The position numbers were made by a program, and so were the translations under genes. A stretch of 26,818 bases of DNA, from assembly GCA_027604505.1 (NCBI GenBank), contig JADIIX010000092.1, positions 62,001 to 88,818 on the forward strand, in the 5' to 3' direction. The stretch's first letter is position 1. The number at the start of each line of letters is the position of its first letter. Source of the stretch: Gonapodya sp. JEL0774 (Eukaryota). This document shows, in pieces, positions 11,093 to 23,172 of this stretch. Below the pieces are notes generated by a model. The model had not been told where the DNA came from, did no database searches, and saw only the letters and a program-made list of their open reading frames with translations.

Positions 11093-13621
11093 TCACTCCT
11101 CATCGTGCACATCAAAATATCCCGCAATCTCGGTGATGTCATTCACCATTCTTCGTTGTTCAAGAATGCGCCTCGCAGTCCCGATTTTCCCAAAAGTGTT
11201 CCATGTCAAAATTCCGACAATTTGCCGGTCTCGGAGGTAGAATACGACACCTTTGTCACACAGAACCAATCAGCCGGGTCAATCGTCACTGCGTTTTCAA
11301 ACCGCACAACAACAGTGCTTCTGCCTTCCGGACTTACCTTTTGTGTACCGTTTATCTGTTCCATCACCTTTCGCCCAGACACCCACAGTGGGCAAAGCAG
11401 CATCCAGAATTCCAACAGCTTCACAGTTGATCTGCGTAAGGGCCGCCTAGTGTGTCACTCCCATCCGTCAGAAATTGGTCACTCACTCAAACCTCATACC
11501 TCGTGTCCCAGCTCGAACCAAAAGAACGGCTGATGTGTGTACATGTGCTTTTTCGGCCCCACGAGATTCGACCCGGCGATCCTTCCCGACATGACCGCGT
11601 GGTCGTGGTGCTCCACCTGACGTCGCTGGCTCAGTGCCGTATCCTGGTGATCAAGCATTCACATCAGCCAACACTCCCCGATATTGCCGTAATCTACTGA
11701 AGTCATCCATCGTCGATCAACACCACTGACCTGAAACGAAATGACGTCACCCGCGGCGTACACGTTTGGCGCCGCTTCGAGGAACGAATTGACGGCTATA
11801 CCACCCTAATGCCGATCACCGTCAGGATTAGGATCAGAATCGAACGGTCGAGCATCACCCCCGCAGGCCCAGACTTTCATATTCAAACCGCACCTTTTCT
11901 GGATCGACTTGCAGCCCCGCCCCCTGTGCAACCTCCGAATTCGGTACTATGCCAAGCGACACAACAACATGATCCGCCACATGCGTCCGCCCATCGCTCG
12001 TGTTGATCACGACCCGCGAGTCTGGAGCCTCGATCGCGGAAACGATTTCGGTGCTCGTGAGGACGTGGACGCCCTGGGCTTGTACGCGAGAGGTCGTCCA
12101 TTGGGATAGGTAGCGAGGTAAGATGAGGGGAAGATGGAAATCTTCCTTGAAGGCCTGCGTGACCGCCACACCTGGAGTAAAAAAGGCCGAGTGATATCTT
12201 AACAAGTTGAAGCGACGTGAAAAAAAACTCAACCCTACCCCTGTTCGCTAGCGCAACTGCAAGCTCCGTGCCTAACAACCCGTTCCCCACGATGAAGACT
12301 GACGTGCCGTTTTTGGCGGTCTCGTGGAGCCGGCGGAAATCTCCGACCGTACGGTAGGTAGAAACCGTATCCTAAGATAGATATGGTAGTGAGGGAGCAG
12401 ATGTGTGAGTACGTGCGCGCGTGTGGGCGGTGGGGTGGTGGGGCGTGAGAGGGGGGGGTGGGGGGGGTTGCGGATGACGAGTGACGAACTTCCGTTGAAG
12501 CACTCGCGTCGCAATCACTTTCAATCACTCACTTTTGGTACCGCCACATCAAGGTCTCTCGGTCTACCCCCCATCGCCAGCAAAACCCCCTTCTCGAACC
12601 GAATGACCTCCCCCGAGTCGAGCACGAGCGTCTTCTTGGCAACGTCGAGACCGACCACTTTCGCCACCAGGAGCTTGCCATGTTTTCCTTCAGGGAGGGG
12701 TCCAGCAAGGTCACTGGCAGACGATGCTTGGTAATAAGTGGAGGGGGGTTTGTAGAATACGTCACGTTCGGCTCCGAGCCACTGTGACAGGGAAACGTGG
12801 GCACTTATTCGATCACAAAAGTCTGCACAGTTCCAAAATTTACGCACGTCCTTAAATGTTAAGGTTGCAGTATTACTGCCCTCCATCCACAGTTCCTTGG
12901 AAAGCGGCGGGCGCTGGTCTGTAATTTGGGAAATCATACACGTCAGCTTTCTCGTGGCACGGACGACACTCCCAGTGCCCCTCACAAGGTACTAGTCCCT
13001 CTTCTGACACAACGAGAATGTCCGCCTTTGGATCTTTTTCCCGAATCGCCTCTTCTGCAGCGAAACTCGCGGTCCCTCCTCCTACGAGTATGTAGGAGAA
13101 CGTAGACTGGCTCACAACCGAAGGCATGGGGGCGCTATGGATTCTGCGATCCCAAGCTGCCGTCATTGAAGATGTTTTCACATGTTTCGCAACGGTTCGT
13201 GTAGTGTTCCCTTGACCGTCTGCCGAATGTTGAGATGGCTTCCGTCGAAAATCCGTTGCGTAGAAGAACTTTGGGAAAGGAGAAAGTGAAGCGGGAAAAT
13301 TTCAGCGGGATGAATTAAATCATTTGCGGTCTGCTTGACAAATGCGCACCAACGGAAGAAGGACGGCTGGAAAGTGAAGTGAAGACTCAAATTTCGAAAC
13401 AGCAATTTCGTCGAGAAACACGAACCGCACGACCCGGCGGCCCAATACAAATTCGCGTTGCTTGGCTGATCATTCGGCCCCGAGTTTGAATCAGTGTGCT
13501 GGTGAGTTGCGGGAGTGGCAAAGTGTCGACGAGGGGTGGAGTGTGTGTGTGCGAAAGAACAAGCCTTTCCGCGGATGGCGTGAGCAGTAAGATTGCCAAG
13601 ACGGTGATGGGGAGACATCAT
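11093..13621 (-). CDS. AIFM1: Apoptosis-inducing factor 1-type mitochondrial FAD/NADH oxidoreductase; multi-exon
   Basis: Arg/His-rich presequence-like N-terminus. Motifs [13 protein letters not shown]..., [59 protein letters not shown]...ILTWN, and C-terminus [11 protein letters not shown]. These parallel animal AIFM1 as recalled. Start codon and N-terminal exons are less certain. Confidence 0.85.
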
Positions 13622-13764
13622 AGCGTGTGCTTCGCTTGTTAGTCGAGAGGGAATTCGCTGAGTGGAAAGAATCCCCCGGAGGGAATCTCGATCGAGAAAA
13701 TAAGTAAAGTCGGGTGGCCACAGCACTCTCGTACTTTGTCGCGAGTCTCTACGAGCGAGCAATC
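13622..13764. promoter_or_regulatory. Short bidirectional promoter between AIFM1 and RRP4
   Basis: Head-to-head start codons separated by only 143 nt. Confidence 0.55.
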
Positions 13765-15005
13765 ATGACGTCTTCGCTTCCCATAACTTTCTCCCTTCCT
13801 GCTGGAAGAAAAACTGTACGTGGCCCTGAATTCTCTCGACGTGATGCTCGATTGGACGATGACCACGGTGACCGAGGGAATCCATCGAGAGACTCCACCA
13901 ATATCGTACTACCTGGAGAAGAGATTGCGGCCGCGGCGTCGTTCATGCGGTAAAACTCATAAATGCGCTTGAGACAATTGTTTCCACTCTGGAAACTCTG
14001 TTCTCTTTTTCCAGGGGACATGGAACCTATTCCCTCAACGACCAGCTTCACTCGTCTCTCGCGGGCGTGATCGAACGGGTCAACAAACTAATCTCTGTGA
14101 GGGCACTTCGATCGCGATATAGTGGTGAAGTCGGAGACGTTGTTGTGGGACGAATCACCGAGGTGGGGCAGAAGCGGTGGAAGGTCGACATGAACGCACG
14201 CCAGGATGCCGTCCTCCTTCTTTCTTCCATCAATCTCCCCGGTGGAGTACAACGAAGAAAATCTGAAATGGACGAGCTCAACATGCGCAATTTTTTCACG
14301 GAAGGAGATCTTCTCAGTGTTAGTGTTGGGATGACACCACCCGAACTGAATCAATTGAAAAAGCGCACCATTTCCAGGCAGAGGTACAGTCCTTCTTCAA
14401 CGACGGTGGAGCGTCTCTTCAAACTCGGAATTCCAAGTATGGCAAGGTACATTGTCACCTGCTTTTGCACAGTTTTGGAGAGACCCGTTTTGTTTTGAGC
14501 AGTGATCCTCTGTTTAACGTTTTATCCTATCAGCTTCGAAACGGTACATTAGTCACTGTTCCCGCTTCTCTCATTCGCCGCTCGAAATCGCACTTCCACG
14601 CATTGTCCTCTGGAGTCCATCTTATTGTCGGACTCAATGGAAACATATGGGTCAGCAAAGCAGCGCCTCGATCGACCGAGGAACAGGACTCGGAAATGAT
14701 TTATTGGGGGAAGAATGACGTGGGTAGTGGTCACCCGTGAGGCTCAGAAATGAATTTGGGCGTGTGACCGAAATATACCTTTTACGTAGGACGACATCAG
14801 CGACGAGATTCGTTTGAATATTGCCCGCACCTGTAACTGCATCATCGCACTCGCTCGTTGCCAAGTTCTAATCAACGAAACGCTCATCTTTCAAATGTAC
14901 GAAGCGACACTAGACCTCGACGTCGCTGTCAAAGACATTGTTTCACGTAGAGATGAGGTGTTGCCGTACGTTCAGAAAGGCGATGATTTCATGCAGACAG
15001 AATGA
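13765..15005 (+). CDS. RRP4: Exosome complex cap subunit Rrp4 (S1/KH); 5 exons
   Basis: IVLPGE...FMR/GHGTY, GVIERVNKLISVRALRSRYSGEVGDVVVGRITEVGQKRWKVD, LSSINLPGGVQRRK, KYGK/LRNG, LIVGLNGNIWVS. GT..AG introns join the frames. Confidence 0.95.
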
Positions 15006-15102
15006 CAGCGCATAGGAATTTGAAACATGAACAATCTCAATGATATAAATGCTACCCCTAGAATACTACCTCAATGTACCACCTTGCCGTCACGACAGAT
15101 AT

Positions 15103-16686
15103 TCAATCCCACCCAGTCCACGCATCATCATCGTCATTGCCGCTCGCTTTCGCAGATGACGATGGAAGACGGGCACTTGCACTTGCCTCTGTGCCCGTCC
15201 AAGATTCATTCCCCCGCCATTCGCCTTCCAATTCTTCACTCGCTGTGAGAGATGGCTCCACCATCACGCCGGTCGTCACAGTGTCTCCCGAGAGTCGAGG
15301 GGCGATTTTATCGTCTCCCACTGATGAAATCGGACTCTCAGAAGGTGGTGGGAGAACTTCAGGATCATCACGATCCTGAGCTACCAACTGGGAAGCAATG
15401 GGATCAATCATCACGCCCGCTTGGGGTGTATGATTGGAAAGATCCTGCGACAAAGATGGGACAAAACCATCGGAGACAAGATGCACAGCCGCGCTATCCT
15501 CTTCACCTGAGAGTTTGTTGCTCGCAGTCGCTTTGGCGTGTGCACCCGATTGAGAATCTGATTCGTCTACAATCTCTTTGTCGTCGTCTGCGTCCCAGTC
15601 GAACCCCGAATCTTCTTCCATCTTCGCTCGAATCACAGCTAATACCACAAAAAAAAAAAAAAACAGAAGCAATACCAATTAAGAAACATGGAAACATGAA
15701 AAATTGTTTCAACGATGACGCCAACCAACTTTCCACAAGTTTCTTTCTGCGAGCTTCTTGAAAGTCGATTTCCGCGACCCGGAAGTAATATCTTAGCCAA
15801 AATGTGTCATAGGATACTTCCGATGGAACTGCAGGATGCAGGAGAGTGGAGCAACGTCAAATGGTGAGAAGGAGATTCCAATCGTTCGCCCCATCTCATC
15901 AATGTCGTCGAAGTGCATACCAAGGCGGTCCATCATCCGCCGCAAATCGGAGTCCACGTTGAGAAGGCGAGTGATTTCCCCCGCGTATGCGGAAACATTG
16001 AAGTTTTCACTGAATGTCGAGAAGCGTTCCTCTAGAAAGCTTGGATCTTCACTCTGCGCGGAAGAGCTGAGCTCGGAAACTCCAAGTCTACTGGGCGATG
16101 CTATTGTCCCTGGAACTCCTGAAATGGGCGAAGTTAAGAATGTTGTTGGGTCCGCTCGGAGTTGCGAGATGATTGTATGTTTGCGGTCGTAACTGCAGTG
16201 TCATTCCGTATAATAAGTCGACGGACATTGATCATTTGCAACATGGCGATCTCACATGATGCTGCGAGACTTTTGGGACTCATCCACAGCAGGCGAAATG
16301 GTGACAGCCTTTCGAACCCAGGAAGTTAACTCCATTCCCACTTGACTCAAAATCTGAGTGCCTCTTTCCAATCCCTCTTCCAGCGTCTTTTCAACTTCCG
16401 TCAGTTCATCTTCCCCATCGTCTTCTTCTTCTTCGAGGACGAAATCCCTGACTCTGGCGGTTGACGAGGCGACAACCGAGGAAATCTGAGTTGCGACGGC
16501 AGGAGCACTTTCAGCAAGCTGATGGGCTTGATCTGCAAAAGTTTGCGCCTAAATCGTGAGACCGCAATTCGATCATGCAAGTTTCCGAGATTCGAAGAAC
16601 GTGTTCAAACGAAAGCCCACCTGTTTCTTCACTTCCCCGACTAGGAAGCTCCACGACGATGTGCTTCCAGAGTCAGCATTCCCCAT
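15103..16686 (-). CDS. BSD-domain protein (Dos2/BSDC1-like); multi-exon
   Basis: Spliced BSD core LRRMMDRL/VPSEVSYDTFWLRYYFRV, preceded by LRADPTTFL. Acidic EEDSGFDWDADDD segment and C-terminal DDDDAWTGWD*. Confidence 0.75.
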
Positions 16687-16839
16687 TGCAGAGGGTAGCT
16701 GAAATACGCTTCGGAAGTCCCATGAGTGCTTTTCAGAGCTTGACATGATGTACAAACTAAACAGCAGCACTCTCCGATATTTTTGCATTTAAGACACAAA
16801 GCGTGCGATACATGAATACAAGAGAAGTGGAGTGGATTA

Positions 16840-18668
16840 TCATTCATTGAGAGAATGTACTATTACATTCAAAATTTCTGACGCCACACCAGAAACTTGA
16901 TCACTTGCCACCGATTCAGCTGCGAAGCTGAGGACAACGTGTTCACCCAAGATACCGAGAAACGTAGCCACGATTAACTTACAGGACAAAAAGCCGATGA
17001 ATCCCCTCGCATCTATGCACAAATCAGTGAACTCCACGTGTGTAGCGTCGCGGAGTGCCCAGATCTCACCTTGAATAGAATCGATATTGATCCCGATGCA
17101 AGAACACTTCAGTCATACCAGGTAACCGCATGGCGGAGCTGAGAAAGTCGTTTTAACTACCGAAGCGATTACCGCGATCAATGTCGCTGAACTGACCAAG
17201 TCTCCCCAAAGAATCCCCAAAAGGAATTTAGAATTTCTCTCTGCTGTACTTCTGGAGCTGGTCGAAGCTGGGGAAAGATAACCTGACCGGTCTTGATATT
17301 GTGATAAAGCATTGCTAGTGTCTCTCGTTTTGCATACAGACGCAGAAGAACAGGGGGTTCCTACGGGAGTTGTAGCTATGGCCACTTTGTCAAACACAAC
17401 AGTAACCGGCGGACGCTTCAAACCTCAGTTGGGATCTCCAAGCGTGATTGTATGAATGCAGCGCGAAATTCTTCAACACGCCGTTGAATGCTGATGAATG
17501 AGGTGTCCATATGTGCTTTGATGACGAGAATGTAATTTTGAATCCGAATCGAGTACATCGCGTGCCATGCACCGGCAACAAAAACAGGTGTGAATCGGAC
17601 AGTGGCAGCATCGAGAGGACGCGCACGACTGAATTGAAGCACCTATAACGATTATCACAATATAAAGTTACAAAACGAGCTTCATTCATTACTTTATAAC
17701 GCACCATTCGGGTTTCCGATAAGGTAAGCCTAGAATGAAGCACCGATTCCCCGATAATCAACATCGTCCCGTTGCCACAGATACCATCCTGACTCTCTAA
17801 AAAGGCTAGTAGTTTGTCGATTCGATCGAAATTTTGTTGATTCATTCCCAGAAGCACCTTTTTATGTTGGAAAATTCATTCGCAGTGTGGACGCTGAGTG
17901 GAGTTTTCATATCGTCACCTGAGTAATGCCGCTCACGGCAACAATTGGATCCATTGATCTGGAGAAGTACGTCGATATCACATCCTTTCATTCGCGCAAA
18001 CATTGGCAGATGAATAGAACGACAGCATTTGGTTGACGAAGAAGTACCTCGGCTCCAGTCAGATCCAAAGTATCCTCATCCCAAAATTCATACGATCCGA
18101 AAAGGAACTGGGACGTCAAGTGGCAGGAATGATCGCAACCAAGTGGAACATTGGAAGGAACCGCCGATGCATGTTGAACCAACCTCGCACATCGCGCTTA
18201 TGTCGGCCAGAGTTGCTTGAATCAACATGCTGTTGTCTGATAATTCATTGTGCGCTACAAACACAAACTGCATCGGGGAACGGTTCCTCTTAAATGATAT
18301 CGGTAGCTTGATGTGTGCAGTTGCTCACATCACCGAACTCCTTGAAGGTGAATCGACTTTTAGTCGAGAGGAGCTCTCGAACATCTTCTCCAACCAGTGT
18401 TTGGGTGAAGTCGGATACCGATGAGGAGAATCCAACGATGAGTCTAAACGAGTTGGAGAGGTGGTGTTGGTCGGCGCAGACATCCTCGAGAATTACAAGA
18501 CCCCACCCCTCGTCCAGTGCATCCACTTGAACTAGTTTTCACAGTTTTGTTGAGAAATCACTCAATAAAAGGGATTTCAGAAAGCGTCATGTCAAGGGAC
18601 GACTCACAGGTCTTGGAGAAAGAGCAGGTTCCGGACTTGTGAATCACAAAAAAGTTCTGTAGTGCCAT
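16840..18668 (-). CDS. Putative tri-longin-domain protein (Mon1/Fuzzy/HPS1 or Ccz1/Inturned/HPS4 superfamily); many short exons
   Basis: Longin-like start MALQNFFVIHKSGTCSFSK. Middle segment NFDRIDKLLAFLES...GTMLIIGESVLHSRLTLSETRMVLQF...FTPVFV. C-terminal strand-strand-helix EVFLHRDQYRFYS..HRLFVLFAAE..VSGVASEILNVI. Consistent GT..AG introns. Family assigned from pattern only. Confidence 0.45.
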
Positions 18669-18844
18669 TCAGCGGAGTATGTTAAACCTGGTACTCGGGG
18701 TTCCCATGGTACCAATGAGATTGTAGTACCTTCATGTGAGGAGTTGCTGGAAATTGTGATGGAATGTTCGCAACCCAACTCAAATCATTGAATACGTCCA
18801 CATACATTCGTTCGTGGAGATCTCTGCCTTAAGCTCAAACAAAA
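18669..18844. promoter_or_regulatory. Short bidirectional promoter between the longin gene and the CEP295-like gene, containing an X-box-like palindrome
   Basis: 176 nt between divergent ATGs. GTTCCCATGGTACC at 18700-18713. Confidence 0.45.
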
Positions 18845-20249
18845 ATGCTTTTATCACCGAACGAGCAACTCCGTCTTGCTCAACGAGCTTCTGATGAAGC
18901 CCGTTTGAAGCGGATCCAGCAGGTGAGTGACCTTGGGCTTGCGGTCTCAAACCTCGACTACTCACCTATCCCCAACCTTCAAGGTTCGCGCCCTCGAACA
19001 TAACAATGCCACGGAGCGTCGGTGTAAATTTCGGGTGGCGGTGGATGAGGTGTGGCATTCTACAGCTCAATCCGCGAAGGTGAACAGCAGCTAAATTGCA
19101 ATCAGTACAGCCGACAGTGGTGAGCTCTAACTAACGTCGGTCGTTTGCTTTGGCTTGGTTGCTTCCATAAATTCACTCCGTGAGGCCCATTCACGCTTGA
19201 ATGTGGTTCTCCAGCGGGGGAGACTTCAAAAAGACCACGCCATTTCCACATCATCCTCTAACTTGGGGCAGTCTCATCTTCTGGCAGCAAAACATGATTT
19301 GTCAATGGTTGGTAGGGCGAAGGCATTGCCCTCTACGGGGTAAATTCAGACAAACCTGAGCAACTAATTATGTGCTACTGAACAGGATCACTTTGTTGAA
19401 GAGTTTACTTCTCAAATGAGGTTGCTTCACCTTTCAGAATGGCACAAGTTCAGAGAGTCTACAGACTATGTTCGTTTTGTCTTGCTTGAAATGATGTCAT
19501 ACACCAACCTTTTATTTTATTTGTGGTCTCAGTTTTGCCAGGAACAGCAGCTTGCAAACTCAAATCGTATGCAACTTCTGACACAAATGAAAAGAGCAAG
19601 AGCTGCTGAACGTGAACGAGCTGCAAAAATGGCCATCTCACAAGTGCACCAAGTTACAAATAAAGTTCCAGATGTTCTGGCTGCGCCACGCCATAAAATT
19701 CCAAGTTTTCAAACCTCTGAACAAAGGAAACAGTTTCAGTCAACAAGTTTTCACACTGGTCATGTTGCTGTGCATAGTAGATCCCAGCATCAGCACACAA
19801 ATGCATTCCAAGCAGCTCTTATAGAGGCAGCCTCTCACACTGAGAGACAAAATTTCAAGGAGGTGCAAAGATTAAGTCTTCAGGAGAAATCTGACAGAAG
19901 AAGAGCAGCAGCAAGTGATCACTTAGCTGCAGAACAGGTTCGAATGGCAGTGTTGCCAATTTGGAGTGAAGTGTTTATCTCTTTGCTTTTGTTAACTCAG
20001 GCTAAAGGGCAAATGGACAACTTTCTGGATACTATATCTCACTTAGATGCAGTTCGGTTGGCTGCAACAGTCACAAGAAGGTTTGCAGGGAATTCTCAGA
20101 ACAGTTCACAAGAATTTGCAACACACTTTGAGGTTGCAGAGCCACCAATTGTATCTGTTCCCCGTGAAGTCAGCAGAGTCTCAGAACAGAGGAAACAGAG
20201 TGAACCAATAGACTTGGCCACTTATTCAGATATTAGCTTTACTAACTAG
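18845..20249 (+). CDS. CEP295/Ana1 N-terminal (DDC8-like) coiled-coil centriolar protein, short form
   Basis: MLLSPNEQLRLAQRASDEARLKRIQQ/VRALE resembles the recalled CEP295 start LSPNEE...RRRKLRLLQVREQE. Further collinear blocks: SSNLGQSHLLA, ARAAERERAAK, STSFH..H, NAFQAALIEA. Exon 1 is 18845-18922 and exon 2 is 18984-19079. The intron-2 acceptor (GAG at 19184) is uncertain. Confidence 0.65.
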
Positions 20250-20321
20250 TGTGATTATAAGATCCAGAGCTTCAATGGAAACCTGAACAATGTCAAAAAA
20301 AACAGTAATTCAAGAGTTCAG

Positions 20322-21150
20322 TCACAATACTGTACCAGTCATGTAGAACCAGCATTGAGAGACTGTGCCTGAAAGCCCAGGTGGATTGAACCCCATCCCA
20401 ATCTCCTTTGTCTGCTTCATAACCCAATTGTTGTATTCAGCACTATTAATATACACTAGGGGATTGTGTTGAGGATCAGTCATTTCATCAATACTGTTTT
20501 CTAAGATTGCCCTTTGAAAATCAGTGAGCTGTTCTACAGGAAAGTCATTCAAAGTCTGCAAACTCTCACCCTGATTAGCAATTCTGCTAGTACTGTTTTC
20601 AGCCAGTGGTGCATCATTCTGCACTAAGTTTTGAACACAAGTCTCCCCCTGAGAGGGATGAGCGTATGACCTAGAGTTAGAGGGTTTTGGTTCAACAGGA
20701 TCAGCAGTTACAGGTTTTGCTACTTTGCGAGGCACACATTGAGAAAAGTTTAAAGAGAGGAAGTCTGCTAGCAGCAGGTGGGGCAGGCGCTGTAAATTGG
20801 ACAGTTCCAGGCTCTATAGGGCATTCTTTTCCTTTGTCACTGCGTCTAATCATTGAGTGAGTACGTGGCACTGGTGGCTCACAAGATAAGATATCTTCAG
20901 GCAGTGGCTTTATTGGTGCATTGGGAACCTGGCTGCGAGTAAATAGGTGTGAAACTGGTACATGGACAGGTGTTTGCATAACTAGAGCAGTTTCCGATAT
21001 GCTTATACAGGAATCCTCATCATCTTCATCATCTAAAAGAATTTGGTTATGTTCAGTTTGTTCAATAATTTTGTGGAAGCTGGCAAAGTGTTTTCTTTGT
21101 GCTCAAGCAATCCCAACCGTTAAACTGAAGTGGCATGGCTGGAACATTGA
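20322..21150 (-). pseudogene. Decayed ORF of unknown origin (Pro/Ser-rich, frameshifted)
   Basis: Overlapping ORFs 20701-20979 and 20322-20735 in different frames, plus an upstream in-frame TGA, all in CpG-depleted sequence. No recognisable domain. Confidence 0.3.
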
Positions 21151-21309
21151 GCAGAGGCTCCCCGGTAGAGTACTTATGATGTAGCAAACTCCAAATACAA
21201 TCTAGGTTTTCTCAGTTTATAAAGCAAAGTCCCTCAGTCCATTTCGTAAACTAAACGTCCTTTGTAAAGAGAAAATAGTACCAATCTATCCTAAGAGTGT
21301 GCCAGTTTG

Positions 21310-22800
21310 TTATGGTCTTCGTCGGACTGTCCAATGTGGCAAATGTCCCAGTGACCAAAGTAGTAACATCAGCTGCGAAATCCAACACCAACTATTTGAC
21401 ATCCTGTAAAACATGACTGGAATGAGGTAGATAGTAACTGCCAATAAATGCTTCTTCAAGGAATCTGCAGTCATGAGAGCAAGTAATTTTGTGTGTCTTT
21501 GGGTTATAGAGTGTAGACTGTGGAATCTGTGTTGTAGCCAACAAGGTACCACAAGTCTGCTTTTGGTTGTAATTTGTTACAAGGTCCATCTTTGTTCAGC
21601 ACCATCGCACAGCAGCCTAGGATTCTCAAATGAGAGATTTTGGATTTTTGTTTTGTTAATATCTCAATTGGGATTTTCCCATTGTGGGCTGCTGAAGGAG
21701 ACTGGTTACGCACATAGCTAATGGCTTCAGTTTTATAACCCCATAAACTGACAGGCAATTGTGCTAAACTTAAAGCACTCCGTGCAGTCTCCTTTATTGT
21801 TCTGAGAAAATGCTCAGCACGACCATTATATAAGGGCACGTAAGGTGGGGACGTTTCAGCTTCAATCCCATGGTCAGCCATCTGTCTTTCTATTTTGTTA
21901 CTCAACAAAATTTCCTTCCCATTGTCACTGTGAATTCCTTTTGTTCTCCAATGGTATTGTTGTTTGTCTGAGATAATAGATAGTATCTCGAAGTTTCCTT
22001 GCCGCTGCACTTTTTTTTTTCTATAGACCAACATATCCCATTCCAGAGGCTTCATCTACTATGGCTGTACGATATCAATATCTTCCTAGTACTGTTGCTC
22101 CAATGGCTGCAGGTCCCAAGTTGTCAACGTCTCCGGAGATGTTCGCCAGGTTTTATTACAAGTATACAATTTGGTTTAGAATTTGCTACCAAATGTGCCT
22201 CCCCATGCCCCATCTAAGGCAATCAAGAGTTTTCCCGCCGCCAAGTTTTGTGATTTTCAAACCATGAGTTTGGGCCGAACAGAGGAGATCCTGTATGTTC
22301 AAATGTCCAAACTGGAAGAGAGCCAGAATTTCATTGATTTCCCGAACTCCAGTGGAAATGACCAGTGGTATTGAAGATTGCAGTGGTTCCACTGAGATGG
22401 GCATTCAGTATAGTGATAACCCCAGGCATGATCCTTGGCAAATGACTGTGTCATTCCGAATGTCCCACAGCTCCAATATATTTGAGTGTCCTGGCACAAA
22501 AATTGAGATTCCCACATTCTGTAAGCTTCCATTAAAATAATTATCTGCACTATATAGAACTCCTGGAATATTGCGCTTGATAACAGATGTGAATCCATGG
22601 AAAATCACATTCATATTGCCACAGCCTTCTGCAATAGCAACCGATCTCCATTCATTCATTTGTGAGTTTCAAAAGAAGTCCCTTGTGCAGGCAGATAGAG
22701 TGGGAGGCCACAGTGTCAACATGCACCTTGAGCCCAGATGCATTCCATGGGAGTAGTGGACTCAAATTCAATTTAGAAAAGCTAGAATTAACTGAGGTCA
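21310..22800 (-). mobile_element. Degenerate Ty1/copia LTR-retrotransposon pol fragment (protease, GAG-pre-integrase, integrase core, SH3-like)
   Basis: Protease-like VDTVASHSIC and pre-integrase FGHLN. Integrase core HSDNGKE...HGIEAETSPPYVPLYNGRAE..RTIKETARSAL..AQLPVSLW, then HLRILGC...KLQPKA...LVGY...VYTLYNP. Stops and frameshifts present. No RT/RNaseH or LTR seen. Confidence 0.88.
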
Positions 22801-22854
22801 TATTAATCAACCATTCCCATTTCAGGCCTGTACTTCAGAAAGGTTTCTCATGTA

Positions 22855-23172
22855 AGGACTGTCACAAATATTTTTTCCACCCACATTGTCAGACCCACCC
22901 CCCCGGGGGGTGGATTTTTTTTCAAGGGGTTGGACAAAACATGTGAGACCCTAGAGGGTGGGTGGAAAGTTTCAACCTACATTGTTGGAAAAACTGAAGG
23001 ACATACATGAGGGGGTGGGACAAGTAATCAATTTGGACCACCTCAAGGTTAGACATAACAGCATACCCTCCCTCTAGGGTTGCACACATTTTGTCCACCC
23101 CCTCAAAAGAAATTTCCACCCCCGGGGGGGTAGGTCTGACAATGGGGGTGGAAAAATAATTTGTGACAGCTG
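22855..23172. mobile_element. MITE (non-autonomous DNA transposon) with ~100-bp terminal inverted repeats, possibly Tc1/mariner-derived
   Basis: 22859 CTGTCACAAATATTTTTTCCACCCACATTGTCAGACCCACCCCCCCGGGGGGTGG...CCCTAGAGGG matches the reverse complement of ~23070-23169. The right end reads ...CAGCTG|TA and a TA lies at 22853-22854. Confidence 0.85.

Noticed and set aside
15648..15663. Poly(A) run as a retroposed tail
   Set aside because: It is the T-rich tract of a minus-strand intron in the BSD gene. No TSD or retrocopy body is visible.
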